The notes: a model not told the origin generated them from the letters alone. DNA of 64,000 nucleotides from Candidatus Omnitrophota bacterium (GCA_043814605.1 JBDRJV010000037.1:99902-163901), one strand, 5' to 3'; shown: positions 1 through 10,496, counted from the stretch's first letter. A program made the numbers and translations.

Positions 1-13
1 TGGGGGAGTAGGA

Positions 14-1351
14 ATGAGTGCTTTAGCGCAATTATTATTGGAACAGGGGTATTGGGTTAGTGGCTCGGACATAAAATCAAATGAATTAACAAAGCGTTTA
101 GAAACGCAAGGCGCATTGATATTTTTAGATCATAAAGCTGAAAATATCGATAACGTTGATATAATTGTGCGTTCATCCTGTATCAAAGATTTGAATCCGG
201 AAGTGATTTTAGCCCGTCAAAAAGGAATCAAACTTATTCACCGAGCTCAATTATTAGCTGCGCTGATGCAGGAAAAATCAGGGATTGCCGTAGCCGGAGC
301 TCACGGGAAAACAACAACTACGGCATTGATTTCCCTCATGTTACAAATTAACGGAATGAGCCCTACTTTTGCTATCGGTGCAGATGTGGGATCTTTAGGG
401 GGGAATGCACAGTACGGGTTAGGAAAATATTTTGTTGCGGAAGCAGATGAAAGCGATGGATCATTCCTTTATCTTAAACCTAATTATGCGGTAATTACAA
501 ATATTGATAAAGAACATTTGGATTATTATAAGGATTTAGAGCATATTAAAAAAACTTATACAAGTTTTATTAAAAACATTCAAAAAAACGGTCTGCTGAT
601 TTGCTGTGGGGAAGATAAAAATATTGCAGAAATCATTAAATCTTATTCAGGTAAAATAATAACCTATGGGTTTTCAAAGAATTGCGATATTTATGCGTTT
701 AATGTTAAAACTGTAGCTGGTGCGGTAACCTTTAAATGTATTTATAAAGGAGATCTTATTGGTGAATTTAGACTTAATATTCCGGGAATTCACAATGTTT
801 TAAATTCTTTGGCAGTTATTTGTTTAGGCGTTGAACTGGAAATTGATCGATATATTATTGAAGAAGCGTTAAATGTCTTTAGTGGGGCAAACCGCCGCTT
901 TCAAATTAAACAAAATAATTCTAAAATAATGATTGTAGATGATTATGCCCATCACCCCACAGAGATAGAAGCGACGTTAAAAGCGGCGAAAAGCTTGAAA
1001 AAAAGAAGAGTAATTGGTGTTTTTCAACCCCATCGTTATAGCCGGACAAAATTTTTAAAAAAAGAATTTGGGAAATGCTTTTCTGATGCGGATGAAATAG
1101 TAATAACAGATATTTATGCCGCAAGTGAAGCTCCGATTGATGGCATTGAGGCGCATACTATTTATAAGGAAGTTAAACAGAGTGGGCATAAAAATGTTTG
1201 CTTTTTACCAAGGGAAAAAGTTAGAGAGCATCTTATGTTGACTATAGAAAAAGGTGATTTATTAATGATGCTGGGAGCAGGGGATATCGGCAAACTGGCG
1301 GATGAAGTCGCCCGTGATTTTTCCCGGGAAAAAATTAAAATAAAGACATGA
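14..1351 (+). CDS. murC: UDP-N-acetylmuramate--L-alanine ligase
   Basis: Mur ligase Walker-type motif AGAHGKTTTTALISLML. The length and dcw-cluster context fit. Confidence 0.9.
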   Translation: MSALAQLLLEQGYWVSGSDIKSNELTKRLETQGALIFLDHKAENIDNVDIIVRSSCIKDLNPEVILARQKGIKLIHRAQLLAALMQEKSGIAVAGAHGKTTTTALISLMLQINGMSPTFAIGADVGSLGGNAQYGLGKYFVAEADESDGSFLYLKPNYAVITNIDKEHLDYYKDLEHIKKTYTSFIKNIQKNGLLICCGEDKNIAEIIKSYSGKIITYGFSKNCDIYAFNVKTVAGAVTFKCIYKGDLIGEFRLNIPGIHNVLNSLAVICLGVELEIDRYIIEEALNVFSGANRRFQIKQNNSKIMIVDDYAHHPTEIEATLKAAKSLKKRRVIGVFQPHRYSRTKFLKKEFGKCFSDADEIVITDIYAASEAPIDGIEAHTIYKEVKQSGHKNVCFLPREKVREHLMLTIEKGDLLMMLGAGDIGKLADEVARDFSREKIKIKT

Positions 1352-2298
1352 GTTTATTAGCAAAAGATGAAATAGAACAACAAATCAGGCAATTCTTTAA
1401 AGGTAAAATATTAAAACAAGAACCTTTATCCGCTCATACAACTATAAAAATTGGCGGTCCGGCACAAATTTTTCTTGAACCTTATGAACAGAATGATTTA
1501 GAAAAACTGATAAAATATCTTAATTCTCAAAACATACCTTTTTATCTGATTGGTAAGGGAAGTAATCTTCTTGTTACCGATAAAATTTTACAAGCTGTTG
1601 TGATCAGCTTAAGTTCTGAATTTTTTAAAAAAATTTTTATAAAAAACAATTTAGTATTTGCCGGCGCGGGAGTTGCTTTAGCCGAAATTGTAGAATTTTC
1701 CCGTAAAAATAGTTTTTCTGGACTGGAATTTCTCGCGGGTATCCCCGGAACAGTAGGAGGGGCTACCATTATGAATGCTGGATGCTGGGACGTAAATTTA
1801 GAAAAAACCCCGATAAAAAAGCATCTTTGTATTTCCGGAGTAATTGAAAAAATAGAATTGATGGATCAGCAAGGAAATATTTATTTACAAAAAAAAGAAG
1901 AATTAGAATTTGGTTACAGGATGAGTAATTTAAAGGATAAGATTGTTTTAGGCTGCTGGTTCAAACTTTATTCTTCGAGCCAAGCAGAGATTATTGAAAA
2001 AATTAATAAATTTTTAAAATATAAAAAATCTTCACAAGAATTAAAACTTCCTAATGCTGGATGTATTTTTAAAAATCCGAAAGATTATAATTTAAGCGCC
2101 GGGGCTTTGATTGAACAAGCCGCTTTAAAAGGGGAAATCATTGGCGGGGCACAGATCTCTAATTTACATGCTAACTTTATTGTGAATAATGGCCAAGCTC
2201 AGTTTCTGGATGTGATCAGACTTATGCAAAGAATCCAGAAAAAAATAAAAGAAGATTATTCGATTGATCTTGAACCAGAAATTCAAATTTGGGAATAA
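1348..2298 (+). CDS. murB: UDP-N-acetylenolpyruvoylglucosamine reductase
   Basis: FAD-binding MurB-like sequence. The start overlaps murC by 4 nt (ATGA) and it follows murC as in dcw clusters. Confidence 0.85.
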   Translation: MSLLAKDEIEQQIRQFFKGKILKQEPLSAHTTIKIGGPAQIFLEPYEQNDLEKLIKYLNSQNIPFYLIGKGSNLLVTDKILQAVVISLSSEFFKKIFIKNNLVFAGAGVALAEIVEFSRKNSFSGLEFLAGIPGTVGGATIMNAGCWDVNLEKTPIKKHLCISGVIEKIELMDQQGNIYLQKKEELEFGYRMSNLKDKIVLGCWFKLYSSSQAEIIEKINKFLKYKKSSQELKLPNAGCIFKNPKDYNLSAGALIEQAALKGEIIGGAQISNLHANFIVNNGQAQFLDVIRLMQRIQKKIKEDYSIDLEPEIQIWE

Positions 2299-2333
2299 AT
2301 GGTAAAGGGAAAAAAGTTGAAGGGAATAATTAA

Positions 2334-3284
2334 ATGGTTAACAGGGGCATTGAAAACATTGGGAAAATAGGAATTTTAATGGGCGGGATTTCCCGGGAGC
2401 GTGAAATTTCTTTAAAATCGGGAAATGCAGTTAAGGCGGCATTAGAGAATTTAAATTACGCAATTGCAGAGATTGATTTTTCGCATTCTGATGAGATGAT
2501 TGAAAAAATCAAAAAAAGCGATGTTGATTGTATTTTTAATGCTTTACACGGAAGTTTTGGTGAAGATGGTCAGGTGCAAAAAATTTTGGATGCATTAAAA
2601 ATACCGTATACCGGTTCCGGAGTAAATGCCAGCCGGTTAGCTATAGATAAAACTGTTTCGCATAAAATTTTTAAGGCTAATGGATTAGTTGTTCCGGACT
2701 ATCGTATTCCTAGTCAGTATGATAAAATTGATGATCAGTTCTATTCTGCTTTTCCTTTAGTGGTTAAGCCTGCCCGGGAAGGTTCAAGTATTGGGCTTTT
2801 TATTGTTGAGAATTTAGATTCCTTAGACTGGGCGATAAATGAAGCTGCAAAAATAGACAATAAGCTAATTGTCGAAAAATATATTAAAGGACGAGAGCTT
2901 ACCGTAGGAATTTTAGATGAACAGGCTTTGCCGGTGATTGAAGTTATTCCTAAAAATAAATTTTATGATTTTGAAGCGAAATATACTCAAGGAATGACGG
3001 AATATATAATTCCGGCCAATATTGGCAGAACTTTAACAGAGAAAATCCAAAATGTTGCACTTACAGCACACAAATTGATTGGATGCAGTTGTTTTTCACG
3101 AGTGGATATAATCTTAAATGAAGATAATGTGCCTGTAGTGCTGGAAATTAATACAATACCAGGGTTAACTGCAACAAGTTTACTGCCTAAGGCAGCAGCA
3201 TTTGCGGGTATAAATTTTTCTCAATTATGTTTGAAAATGATTGATTCGGCAATGCTTAAATATAAGGATAAAATTTTAACTTAA
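2334..3284 (+). CDS. ddl: D-alanine--D-alanine ligase
   Basis: ATP-grasp Ddl motifs (GGxSxEREIS, EINTIPG). The position in the dcw cluster fits. Confidence 0.85.
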   Translation: MVNRGIENIGKIGILMGGISREREISLKSGNAVKAALENLNYAIAEIDFSHSDEMIEKIKKSDVDCIFNALHGSFGEDGQVQKILDALKIPYTGSGVNASRLAIDKTVSHKIFKANGLVVPDYRIPSQYDKIDDQFYSAFPLVVKPAREGSSIGLFIVENLDSLDWAINEAAKIDNKLIVEKYIKGRELTVGILDEQALPVIEVIPKNKFYDFEAKYTQGMTEYIIPANIGRTLTEKIQNVALTAHKLIGCSCFSRVDIILNEDNVPVVLEINTIPGLTATSLLPKAAAFAGINFSQLCLKMIDSAMLKYKDKILT

Positions 3285-3305
3285 AAATTCTGGGAGTAAT
3301 ATTTT

Positions 3306-4136
3306 ATGATCAGGAAAATTCGCAGAAAAAGAAAAAAAAGAACATTTATTTTTAATGCTAAAACTGTAAAAGAAACAGTTAAAAAAAACCGGGGTAATAT
3401 AGTGTTAATTTTAGTGATTATTGGGCTATTAGTATTTTTAGGTTTTAGCCTGAATTCTTTTCTTTTTGCTTCGGAATATTTTAATATCAGTGAAATTGAA
3501 GTAATTGACCAAGATGCAGAGAAAATTGATTACCCGTTAGCTCGGATTAAAGATAATCCTAATATTTTTAAAGTGGATCTGGTGGAAATTGCCAAGGGTA
3601 TAGAGCGAGAACATGCGGATATCCAAAAAGCGATTGTAAAAAGAATTTTACCGAATAAATTGATTATTGAGGTACTCAGGCGCAGATCTATTGCCCAAGC
3701 TGCTGTAAAAATTAGTAAACAGGAAAATAGCGAGTATTATTTTTATTTGATTAATAATGATGGCTATATTTTGGCTAATATGGAAAAACGGCCGAAAAAA
3801 GATATTCCAATTATTATCGGTAGTGAACTAAATATTGATAATATTCAAATCGGACACCGTTATGAAACTCCGGCTTTAAAGTGGGCAATTTCTTTTATTG
3901 AAGAACTAAAAAAAATAAACTTTACGGATCAATATAAAGTAACTAAAGTTGATGTAACGCAACCTAGAAGTATGTCTTTTTATATTAAAAATAGGCTTGA
4001 AATCAGAATTGGTAACAGGGATTGGCGGAAAAAAATTGAAAATCTAGTGGGGATTATGCAAAATTTAGATATTGATTATTCAGAAGATTATTATATTGAT
4101 TTGCGGTTTAAAGATTTTGTTTTCGGAAAAAAATAA
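3306..4136 (+). CDS. ftsQ: cell division protein FtsQ/DivIB-like (N-terminal TM + POTRA)
   Basis: Basic N-terminus and a single TM helix. Sits between ddl and ftsA, the canonical ftsQ position. Confidence 0.65.
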   Translation: MIRKIRRKRKKRTFIFNAKTVKETVKKNRGNIVLILVIIGLLVFLGFSLNSFLFASEYFNISEIEVIDQDAEKIDYPLARIKDNPNIFKVDLVEIAKGIEREHADIQKAIVKRILPNKLIIEVLRRRSIAQAAVKISKQENSEYYFYLINNDGYILANMEKRPKKDIPIIIGSELNIDNIQIGHRYETPALKWAISFIEELKKINFTDQYKVTKVDVTQPRSMSFYIKNRLEIRIGNRDWRKKIENLVGIMQNLDIDYSEDYYIDLRFKDFVFGKK

Positions 4137-5425
4137 TGACGAAATATAACTTTCCAGTTACAGGATTAGATATTGGCAGCGCTAAGACTACAATTTGTGT
4201 GGGTAATTATGACCACTTAAATCAGGTAGAAATTTATGCTGCGGCCATGGTTAAAACACATGGTATGGATCGAGGCATAGTTACTAATCCCGGAGAAGTA
4301 GCTCGTTGTATAGAAGAGGTAGTTAAAAAAGTTGAACAAAAACTAAAAGTTAAGTTCTCCTCTGGGCCAAAATCTTATCAAGGAAAAAAAATCCTAAAAA
4401 TTAATGAGGTTTATACCACTGTAAACGGAGAACATATTTTAGGTAATAATAGTAAAGGCATGCTTAATTTATCAAATAGGCCAGTTGAAATAACCCGTAA
4501 AGATACTCAAATGGCGATTGATTCTGTAAAATTTTTGACAACCACAATTGACCGGGAAATATTACATGCTTTGGCTCAAGAATATATTATTGATGGATAC
4601 AAAAGAATAAAAGATCCCATTGGTAGTTATGGCTCAAGGTTAGGAGTTAACTTGCATATTCTCAGTGCTCAGACATCATTTATGAAGAGTGTGATTAAGG
4701 TTATAAATCGGGCGGGGTTAGATGTTGAAGACTGTGTTTTTTCCGGTTTAGCGACAAGTATGTCTACTTTAACAGAAAGCGATAAACAATTAGGGATAAT
4801 TTTAGTTGAAGTGGGGGCGGGCAGCATAAATATTCTTTTCTTTAAAGACGGCAGATTACAACATACCAGTGTAATTTCATTTGGTGGCAATGATATTACC
4901 GAAAAAATCATGGAGAAATTTAGCATTGATTTTGCACAGGCAGAGCAGCTAAAAATGCAATATAAGAGCAGTAATAACCATTGCTTAATTAAAGACGATC
5001 AATTGGATAAAATTATTATTAAGAAAAGTGCAACAGTTTATGAAAGTATAACCCATAAACAATTAACTTCAGTGATTGATCAGCAGATAGAAAAAATGCT
5101 AGAACTCTTAAAGAAAGATTTAGAATTAGGGGGAATTATTGCCCGGGCAAATTGTGGAATAGTAATTTGCGGGGGAATTTCCTTTATGGATGGGATAATT
5201 GAAAAAGTTGAAAACTATCTAGGAATACCGGTTAACTTAGGTATTTTAAGAGGTTTTGTGAGTAGTTTTTCTGGACTAAGCAACATGTTTTATGCTACAG
5301 GAATTGGTTTAGTCAAATATGCTTTAGAGCAGAACAGTCAACCTCTTGCCCACAATTCATTGGGTAATGGTTTTATGAATAGGCTGGTTTCCCGGGCAAA
5401 ATCCGTTTACGACGAATATTTTTAA
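4136..5425 (+). CDS. ftsA: cell division protein FtsA (actin-like ATPase)
   Basis: N-terminal GLDIGSAKT actin-fold phosphate-1 motif. 429 aa, immediately after ftsQ. Confidence 0.8.
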   Translation: MTKYNFPVTGLDIGSAKTTICVGNYDHLNQVEIYAAAMVKTHGMDRGIVTNPGEVARCIEEVVKKVEQKLKVKFSSGPKSYQGKKILKINEVYTTVNGEHILGNNSKGMLNLSNRPVEITRKDTQMAIDSVKFLTTTIDREILHALAQEYIIDGYKRIKDPIGSYGSRLGVNLHILSAQTSFMKSVIKVINRAGLDVEDCVFSGLATSMSTLTESDKQLGIILVEVGAGSINILFFKDGRLQHTSVISFGGNDITEKIMEKFSIDFAQAEQLKMQYKSSNNHCLIKDDQLDKIIIKKSATVYESITHKQLTSVIDQQIEKMLELLKKDLELGGIIARANCGIVICGGISFMDGIIEKVENYLGIPVNLGILRGFVSSFSGLSNMFYATGIGLVKYALEQNSQPLAHNSLGNGFMNRLVSRAKSVYDEYF

Positions 5426-5444
5426 AAATCAGGTTAATGACTAA

Positions 5445-6410
5445 ATGAAAGATAGTGTAAATATTCTGGTTATTGATGATGAAGTTAGTATTCTGGATTC
5501 ATTCTCGCAACTGTTTACACAAGAAGGGTATAAGATTGTTCGCGCTAAAAGCTGGTTTGAAGCAGCACAACTTCTAACGATGCAGAGCTTTAATATAGTT
5601 ATTGCTGATGTACGGTTGCCAGATATTGGGTATAAACAGATGCTGGAAAAAATTAGAGAAGAAAATAAATATTCATTTATTATTTCGACTGCGGGATTTT
5701 CAGATATTGAAATTGCAATGGAATCTGTTTCTCAAGGTGCGAATGATTATTTTAGTAAACCGTTTGATCCATCTGATATAAAGATAACAATTCGTAAAAT
5801 TATTGAAAAGCAGCGCTTACATGCAGATAATGTGCAATTATTTGATACAATAAAAATACTGGCTTTGGCATTAGATGCACGAGATCATTATACACACGGA
5901 CATTCAGAACAGGTGACTGAATATGCAGTATCTATAGCCCAGGAAATGGGTTTAAGTGTTCAGGAGATCGATCGGATTAGAGATGCAGGCATTTTACATG
6001 ATATTGGAAAAATTGGCATTCCGGATGCAGTTTTATTAAAACCCGGACCATTAAATGATGAAGAATATGCGTTAATTAAAAAACATCCTTCAATCGGGAG
6101 AAAAATCCTTGAACCGGTTAATTGTTTAGCAGATAAGGTGCCGCTTATTTATCATCATCATGAACATTTTGATGGCCAGGGATATCCGGAAGGATTGAAG
6201 GCAGAATCAATACCGGTTGGCGCAAGAATTTTGGCTATTGCTGATGCTTATCAGGCCATGACTTCAGATCGTCCTTACCGGAAGGCATTATCAATAGAAG
6301 TTGCTGTAGATGAGTTAATCAAAAATAAAAACAAACAATTTGATGGTCGTATCGTTGATGTTTTCCTGAATATATTAAAAAGAACAGGGAAATTAGATTT
6401 TCTAAAATAA
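5445..6410 (+). CDS. response regulator, REC + HD-GYP phosphodiesterase (RpfG-like)
   Basis: REC domain with DD...D...K pattern. C-terminal HD motif (HDIGKIGIP) and HHHEHFDGQGYPEG, an HD-GYP signature. Confidence 0.8.
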   Translation: MKDSVNILVIDDEVSILDSFSQLFTQEGYKIVRAKSWFEAAQLLTMQSFNIVIADVRLPDIGYKQMLEKIREENKYSFIISTAGFSDIEIAMESVSQGANDYFSKPFDPSDIKITIRKIIEKQRLHADNVQLFDTIKILALALDARDHYTHGHSEQVTEYAVSIAQEMGLSVQEIDRIRDAGILHDIGKIGIPDAVLLKPGPLNDEEYALIKKHPSIGRKILEPVNCLADKVPLIYHHHEHFDGQGYPEGLKAESIPVGARILAIADAYQAMTSDRPYRKALSIEVAVDELIKNKNKQFDGRIVDVFLNILKRTGKLDFLK

Positions 6411-6528
6411 AAAAAGGGATTGATCATATTAATTTATACTGACTTACACAGCTTACTAATCATTTGCAGATTAATCTGCGTAAGAAGTATTTAATCAATT
6501 TAATTGTATTTAAAAAAAAGGAGAAGAA

Positions 6529-7626
6529 ATGGAACTTGATATTATTGAAATACTAAGGACTATGGTTAAACTCGGCGCTTCGGATGCTCATTTTAAAGTA
6601 GGAAGGGCCCCTATATTCCGAATTAAAAAAGAACTGACCAGTTCATCTTTCCCAATTATGAATAATAAGGACATTGAAAAAATTGCCTACTTTATGATGC
6701 GGGAGCGTCACCGCAAAGAATTTGAAAAGAAAAATGAAATTGATTTTTCTTATCAATTGCCGGAAATCGGCAGATTCAGGGTTAATGTTTTCCGGCAACG
6801 GGGTGATATCGGTATGGTGATGCGGATTGTAAAAAATCAAGTCCCCAGTTTTGAAGCCTTAACTTTACCTCCGATATTTAAGAAAATCGCGATGTTTGAA
6901 CGAGGTATAGTTTTAATTACCGGGGCGAGTTCTCAAGGTAAATCAACAACGCTAGCGGCAATTATCGATTATATTAACAAAAATAAAAAGTGTCATATCA
7001 TGACGATAGAAGATCCCATAGAGTATATTCATGAAGACCAGCAGGCCTTAATTAATCAAAGAGAAGTTGGCTTAGATACAGAGTCTTTTCATTTAGCTTT
7101 GCGTTACGTAATTCGCCAGGATCCAGATATAATTTTAATCGGAGAAATGCGTGATGCAGAAACATTTCAGACTGCATTATCCGCAGCTGAAACCGGGCAT
7201 CTTGTTTTTGCTACATTACATGCTTCGGATACTTCGCAAGTAGTGGATAGAATATTAGATTTTTTCCCAACGGCACAACATGATATGATTAGAATGCAAT
7301 TAGCTTTTAATTTACGTGCGGTGAGTTCTCAACGTCTCATGCCACGAGTCGATGGGACAGGTGTGGTGCCGGCGATTGAAGTAATGATTATTAACCCCAC
7401 AATTATGAAGTTGATCCGGGAAAATAAAACGGACAGATTATCCAGCACTTTACAAGCCTTTACCAAAGAAGGTATGATCACATTTAATCAATCTTTAGTT
7501 AATCATGTCAAAGCTAATCTGGTGAGTTTAGAAACAGCTTTAGCCAATTCTAGTAATCCGGAAGCGTTGAAAATGAACCTTAAAGGTATTTATTTAGATG
7601 AGGATCGTAGAATTTTAGGTGAATAA
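6529..7626 (+). CDS. pilT: type IV pilus retraction ATPase PilT
   Basis: PilT N-terminal block and Walker A GASSQGKSTT. 365 aa. Confidence 0.85.
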   Translation: MELDIIEILRTMVKLGASDAHFKVGRAPIFRIKKELTSSSFPIMNNKDIEKIAYFMMRERHRKEFEKKNEIDFSYQLPEIGRFRVNVFRQRGDIGMVMRIVKNQVPSFEALTLPPIFKKIAMFERGIVLITGASSQGKSTTLAAIIDYINKNKKCHIMTIEDPIEYIHEDQQALINQREVGLDTESFHLALRYVIRQDPDIILIGEMRDAETFQTALSAAETGHLVFATLHASDTSQVVDRILDFFPTAQHDMIRMQLAFNLRAVSSQRLMPRVDGTGVVPAIEVMIINPTIMKLIRENKTDRLSSTLQAFTKEGMITFNQSLVNHVKANLVSLETALANSSNPEALKMNLKGIYLDEDRRILGE

Positions 7627-9025
7627 TTTTTCGTCAATCAATTCGAGTAAAGCATATCGAGAGATAAATACAATTCAGCGAAAAAAGAGTTCCCGTTTTC
7701 GGGTAGCTCTGATTTATCCAAACTCATATGAGTTAGGTATGAGTAATTTGGGTGTGCATACGATTTATGATTGTTTTAACAAAAGAACGGATACTCTTTG
7801 TGAACGATTTTTTTACGAATCAGAAAAATCTCCGTTATTGTCTATTGAAACCAAAAGTCCGCTTAAGTTCTTCGATATTTTAGCTTTTTCAATTTCCTAC
7901 GAATTAGATTATATTAATTTTTTTAAAATTCTAAAAAAAATCGGTTTATTGAATAAAGCTAATTTGCGTTCAGCCATGCCGCTGATTCTTGTGGGAGGAG
8001 TCGTGACTGCAAGCAATCATTTGCCGCTTTCTAAATTTAGTGATGTAATTTTTAAAGGGGAAGCAGAGGAATCTTTAGATTTTTTTATGGATAGATTGTC
8101 TGAGTTTACTTTAATAAATTCAAAGCAGAAAAAAATCCAGTTTTTTAATCAATTCCCGAAAACAAAAGGCGTGTATATTCCCAGCCAAAAACTCACTAGG
8201 GATATTCCGATAAGCTATTTAGAAGATGTAAATAAATTCCCGACAGCATCAAAAATCATTACCCCTGAGACTGAATTTTCAAATATTTTTTTAGTGGAAA
8301 TTTCCCGGGGGTGTCCGCAGGGTTGTAATTTTTGTGTAACCGGGGCTGTGTATGCTAAATTCCGCCCCAGGAGATTAGAGATTTTAAAAAACCAAATTGA
8401 ATTTGGTTTAAAGATAACAAAAAAGATCGGGCTTGTCGGTGCGGCGATAACAGAATATCCGCAGTTAAAACAACTTTTAAAATTTCTTAAAGAAAAAAAT
8501 ACAAAAATTTCTGTTTCTAGTCTGCGGGTTGAAAGTGTTATTCCAGAATTACTCACAGCATTAAGTGAGTCTGGGCAAAATGCAGTTACCTATGCTCCGG
8601 AAGCAGGTTCAGATAGATTAAGGCGATTTTTAAATAAAAAAATAACGAATAAACATATCATCGAAAAAATTAAATCAGCAAAAAAATGCGGTATAAAAAA
8701 ATTAAAGTTATATTTTATGATCGGCTTACCACAGGAAAAAGCAGAGGATATTGAGAAAATAGTAGAATTAGTGAGAAAAGCTGCTTTAATTATGCCGGTT
8801 CGGGTTAATGTCGGGATTTTTGTGCCCAAGCCGCAGACTAACTTTTCAACATATAAAGTAGAAAAAAAATTTTTATTACTGAGTAAACTAAAAATCCTCG
8901 AAAAACAATTTAGAAAGCTTAAAAATGTAATTTTTAATAAGCCAAGTATTAAAGAAGCAATTCATGAATTCGAATTTTCCCACGCGGATGAGAACTTTTT
9001 TGATAACTATTTGAAAAATTTATAG
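7619..9025 (+). CDS. B12-binding-domain radical SAM protein
   Basis: CPQGCNFC (Cx3Cx2C) radical-SAM cluster motif after an N-terminal B12-like domain. Confidence 0.7.
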   Translation: MNNFSSINSSKAYREINTIQRKKSSRFRVALIYPNSYELGMSNLGVHTIYDCFNKRTDTLCERFFYESEKSPLLSIETKSPLKFFDILAFSISYELDYINFFKILKKIGLLNKANLRSAMPLILVGGVVTASNHLPLSKFSDVIFKGEAEESLDFFMDRLSEFTLINSKQKKIQFFNQFPKTKGVYIPSQKLTRDIPISYLEDVNKFPTASKIITPETEFSNIFLVEISRGCPQGCNFCVTGAVYAKFRPRRLEILKNQIEFGLKITKKIGLVGAAITEYPQLKQLLKFLKEKNTKISVSSLRVESVIPELLTALSESGQNAVTYAPEAGSDRLRRFLNKKITNKHIIEKIKSAKKCGIKKLKLYFMIGLPQEKAEDIEKIVELVRKAALIMPVRVNVGIFVPKPQTNFSTYKVEKKFLLLSKLKILEKQFRKLKNVIFNKPSIKEAIHEFEFSHADENFFDNYLKNL

Positions 9026-9063
9026 TTATATCTTTTTTTTAATCTAAGTTAAGAATACCATTG

Positions 9064-9098
9064 TTGACAAAAGCCATAATTATATGGTAATATTTAAC
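9064..9098 (+). promoter_or_regulatory. sigma70-like promoter (TTGACA - 18 - TAATAT) upstream of the sensor kinase operon
   Basis: TTGACA at 9064, then an ~18 nt spacer and TAATAT. Lies in the 115-bp intergenic gap before 9141. Confidence 0.4.
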
Positions 9099-9140
9099 GT
9101 TACTTAACACATTATAAAACTTTATGTTAGAGGGCTAAAT

Positions 9141-10496
9141 ATGGGCAACAAATTGATTTTAGCTTTTGGAGTTTTAAGCCTGATTTTTTTAGTAATCATA
9201 ATTAGTTCTCATAGTATATTTCATTACAATCATACAGTACAAGATCAGAAGGAAAAAGCCTGGGTTTTAGGCAATACCCTGGCAAAATCCCTGGAATTGC
9301 CCATGCTTGAGGGAAAAATGAACACACTTCAAGAAATGCTGGTTACGGTGGGAGAACTAGAAAATTTTGAAAGAGTTCATTTAACCGATGATCAAGGGAT
9401 GATTCGTTATAGTTCAATTCCCGAAAGAATTAATACTCCGACAGGCTCAATAATCATTAAGCAAGCTTTAAAAGAAAGAAAATCTATTGGTAATTTTGAG
9501 CAGCGAGGTGATGATTATATTTTTAGCTTGGCTTTACCGATTTTAAATGAGCCGCGCTGTTATAACTGTCATGGTCAAAAAAAGGATATTTTGGGAGTTT
9601 TGCGTATCGGGATTGACTGGGCGCCAATGAAGAAAACACTTTCAAAGGTATTACAAAGAGATGTTTTTGTTTCCCTGATTTTTTATATCGTCATTATTTT
9701 ACTCTCTTTTCTTTTTCAACGCCTTTATACAAATGCACAGATTGCACTAAATAGTTTTAAACAAGCCCAGGAGCAGTTAATTAAAACAGAAAAAATGGCG
9801 GCAGTAGGACAAATGGCCGCCGCAATCAGCCATGATTTAAGAAATCCTTTAACCGGCATAAAAATGGCGACCTATTATTTGAACAGCAAAATTGACGAAA
9901 ATAATATTGAACAGCAGAATATTTTAAAGGATATTGAATTAGAAATTAATTATGCTAGTAATGTGGTAACTAATATTTTGACATATTCTCGGCCTACAGA
10001 TTTAATATTTTCGCGCAGTAATATTAATAAAATTATTGAAGAAACAATGAATTTTATTCATTTGCAAAATCGTGATGCATCTTTTGAAATTATTAAAAAT
10101 TACGACTTAAATTTACCGGAAATATTTATCGACAATAAACAAATAAAACAGGTAATTATTAATGTTATTTCGAATGCGATTCAAGCTATGCCGAAAGGTG
10201 GCCAGCTAAAAATAAGCACGCGGACAAATGGCAGTTTTATTGAAATTATTATTGAAGATTCAGGTGTGGGTATTCCCAAAAAAGTTTTAGAAAATATTTA
10301 TACGCCGTTTTTTACAACCCGGGCTCGAGGAGTGGGGTTAGGATTGTCAATTGTCAGTAACATTGTTAAAAAGCACGGTGGGCAAACTCAAATAAGCAGT
10401 ACTTTAGGCAAAGGAACAAAGTTTATAGTTAGATTGCCAATTTTTCAAGATATTGAAAATAAAAGGATGTTAGAACATGACAGTGAAGAAAGTTGA
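9141..10496 (+). CDS. membrane sensor histidine kinase with periplasmic CxxCH (heme c) motif
   Basis: Two TM segments flank a ~140-aa periplasmic domain containing CYNCHG. HisKA H-box ISHDLRNPL. HATPase_c motifs (G1/G2 boxes). Confidence 0.8.
   Translation: MGNKLILAFGVLSLIFLVIIISSHSIFHYNHTVQDQKEKAWVLGNTLAKSLELPMLEGKMNTLQEMLVTVGELENFERVHLTDDQGMIRYSSIPERINTPTGSIIIKQALKERKSIGNFEQRGDDYIFSLALPILNEPRCYNCHGQKKDILGVLRIGIDWAPMKKTLSKVLQRDVFVSLIFYIVIILLSFLFQRLYTNAQIALNSFKQAQEQLIKTEKMAAVGQMAAAISHDLRNPLTGIKMATYYLNSKIDENNIEQQNILKDIELEINYASNVVTNILTYSRPTDLIFSRSNINKIIEETMNFIHLQNRDASFEIIKNYDLNLPEIFIDNKQIKQVIINVISNAIQAMPKGGQLKISTRTNGSFIEIIIEDSGVGIPKKVLENIYTPFFTTRARGVGLGLSIVSNIVKKHGGQTQISSTLGKGTKFIVRLPIFQDIENKRMLEHDSEES

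Noticed and set aside
921-1124. Short antisense and nested ORFs from the six-frame track (e.g. 921-1124, 1542-1769, 4669-4926, 6643-6840, 8215-8829, 10762-10986, 11218-11586, 12182-12430, 13414-13761, 14165-14365, 15429-15722, 17732-17935, 18271-18480, 44691-44894, 49374-49592, 50585-51223, 54849-55034, 57098-57283, 60399-60926, 62133-62794, 63295-63989)
   Set aside because: Each lies wholly inside a longer ORF that has clear homology-type motifs and lacks an RBS. They have the low-complexity composition typical of spurious frames in AT-rich DNA.
6455-6480. Perfect palindrome GCAGATTAATCTGC after the HD-GYP gene read as a terminator
   Set aside because: There is no downstream T-run. It may be a protein-binding palindrome instead, and was not scored.
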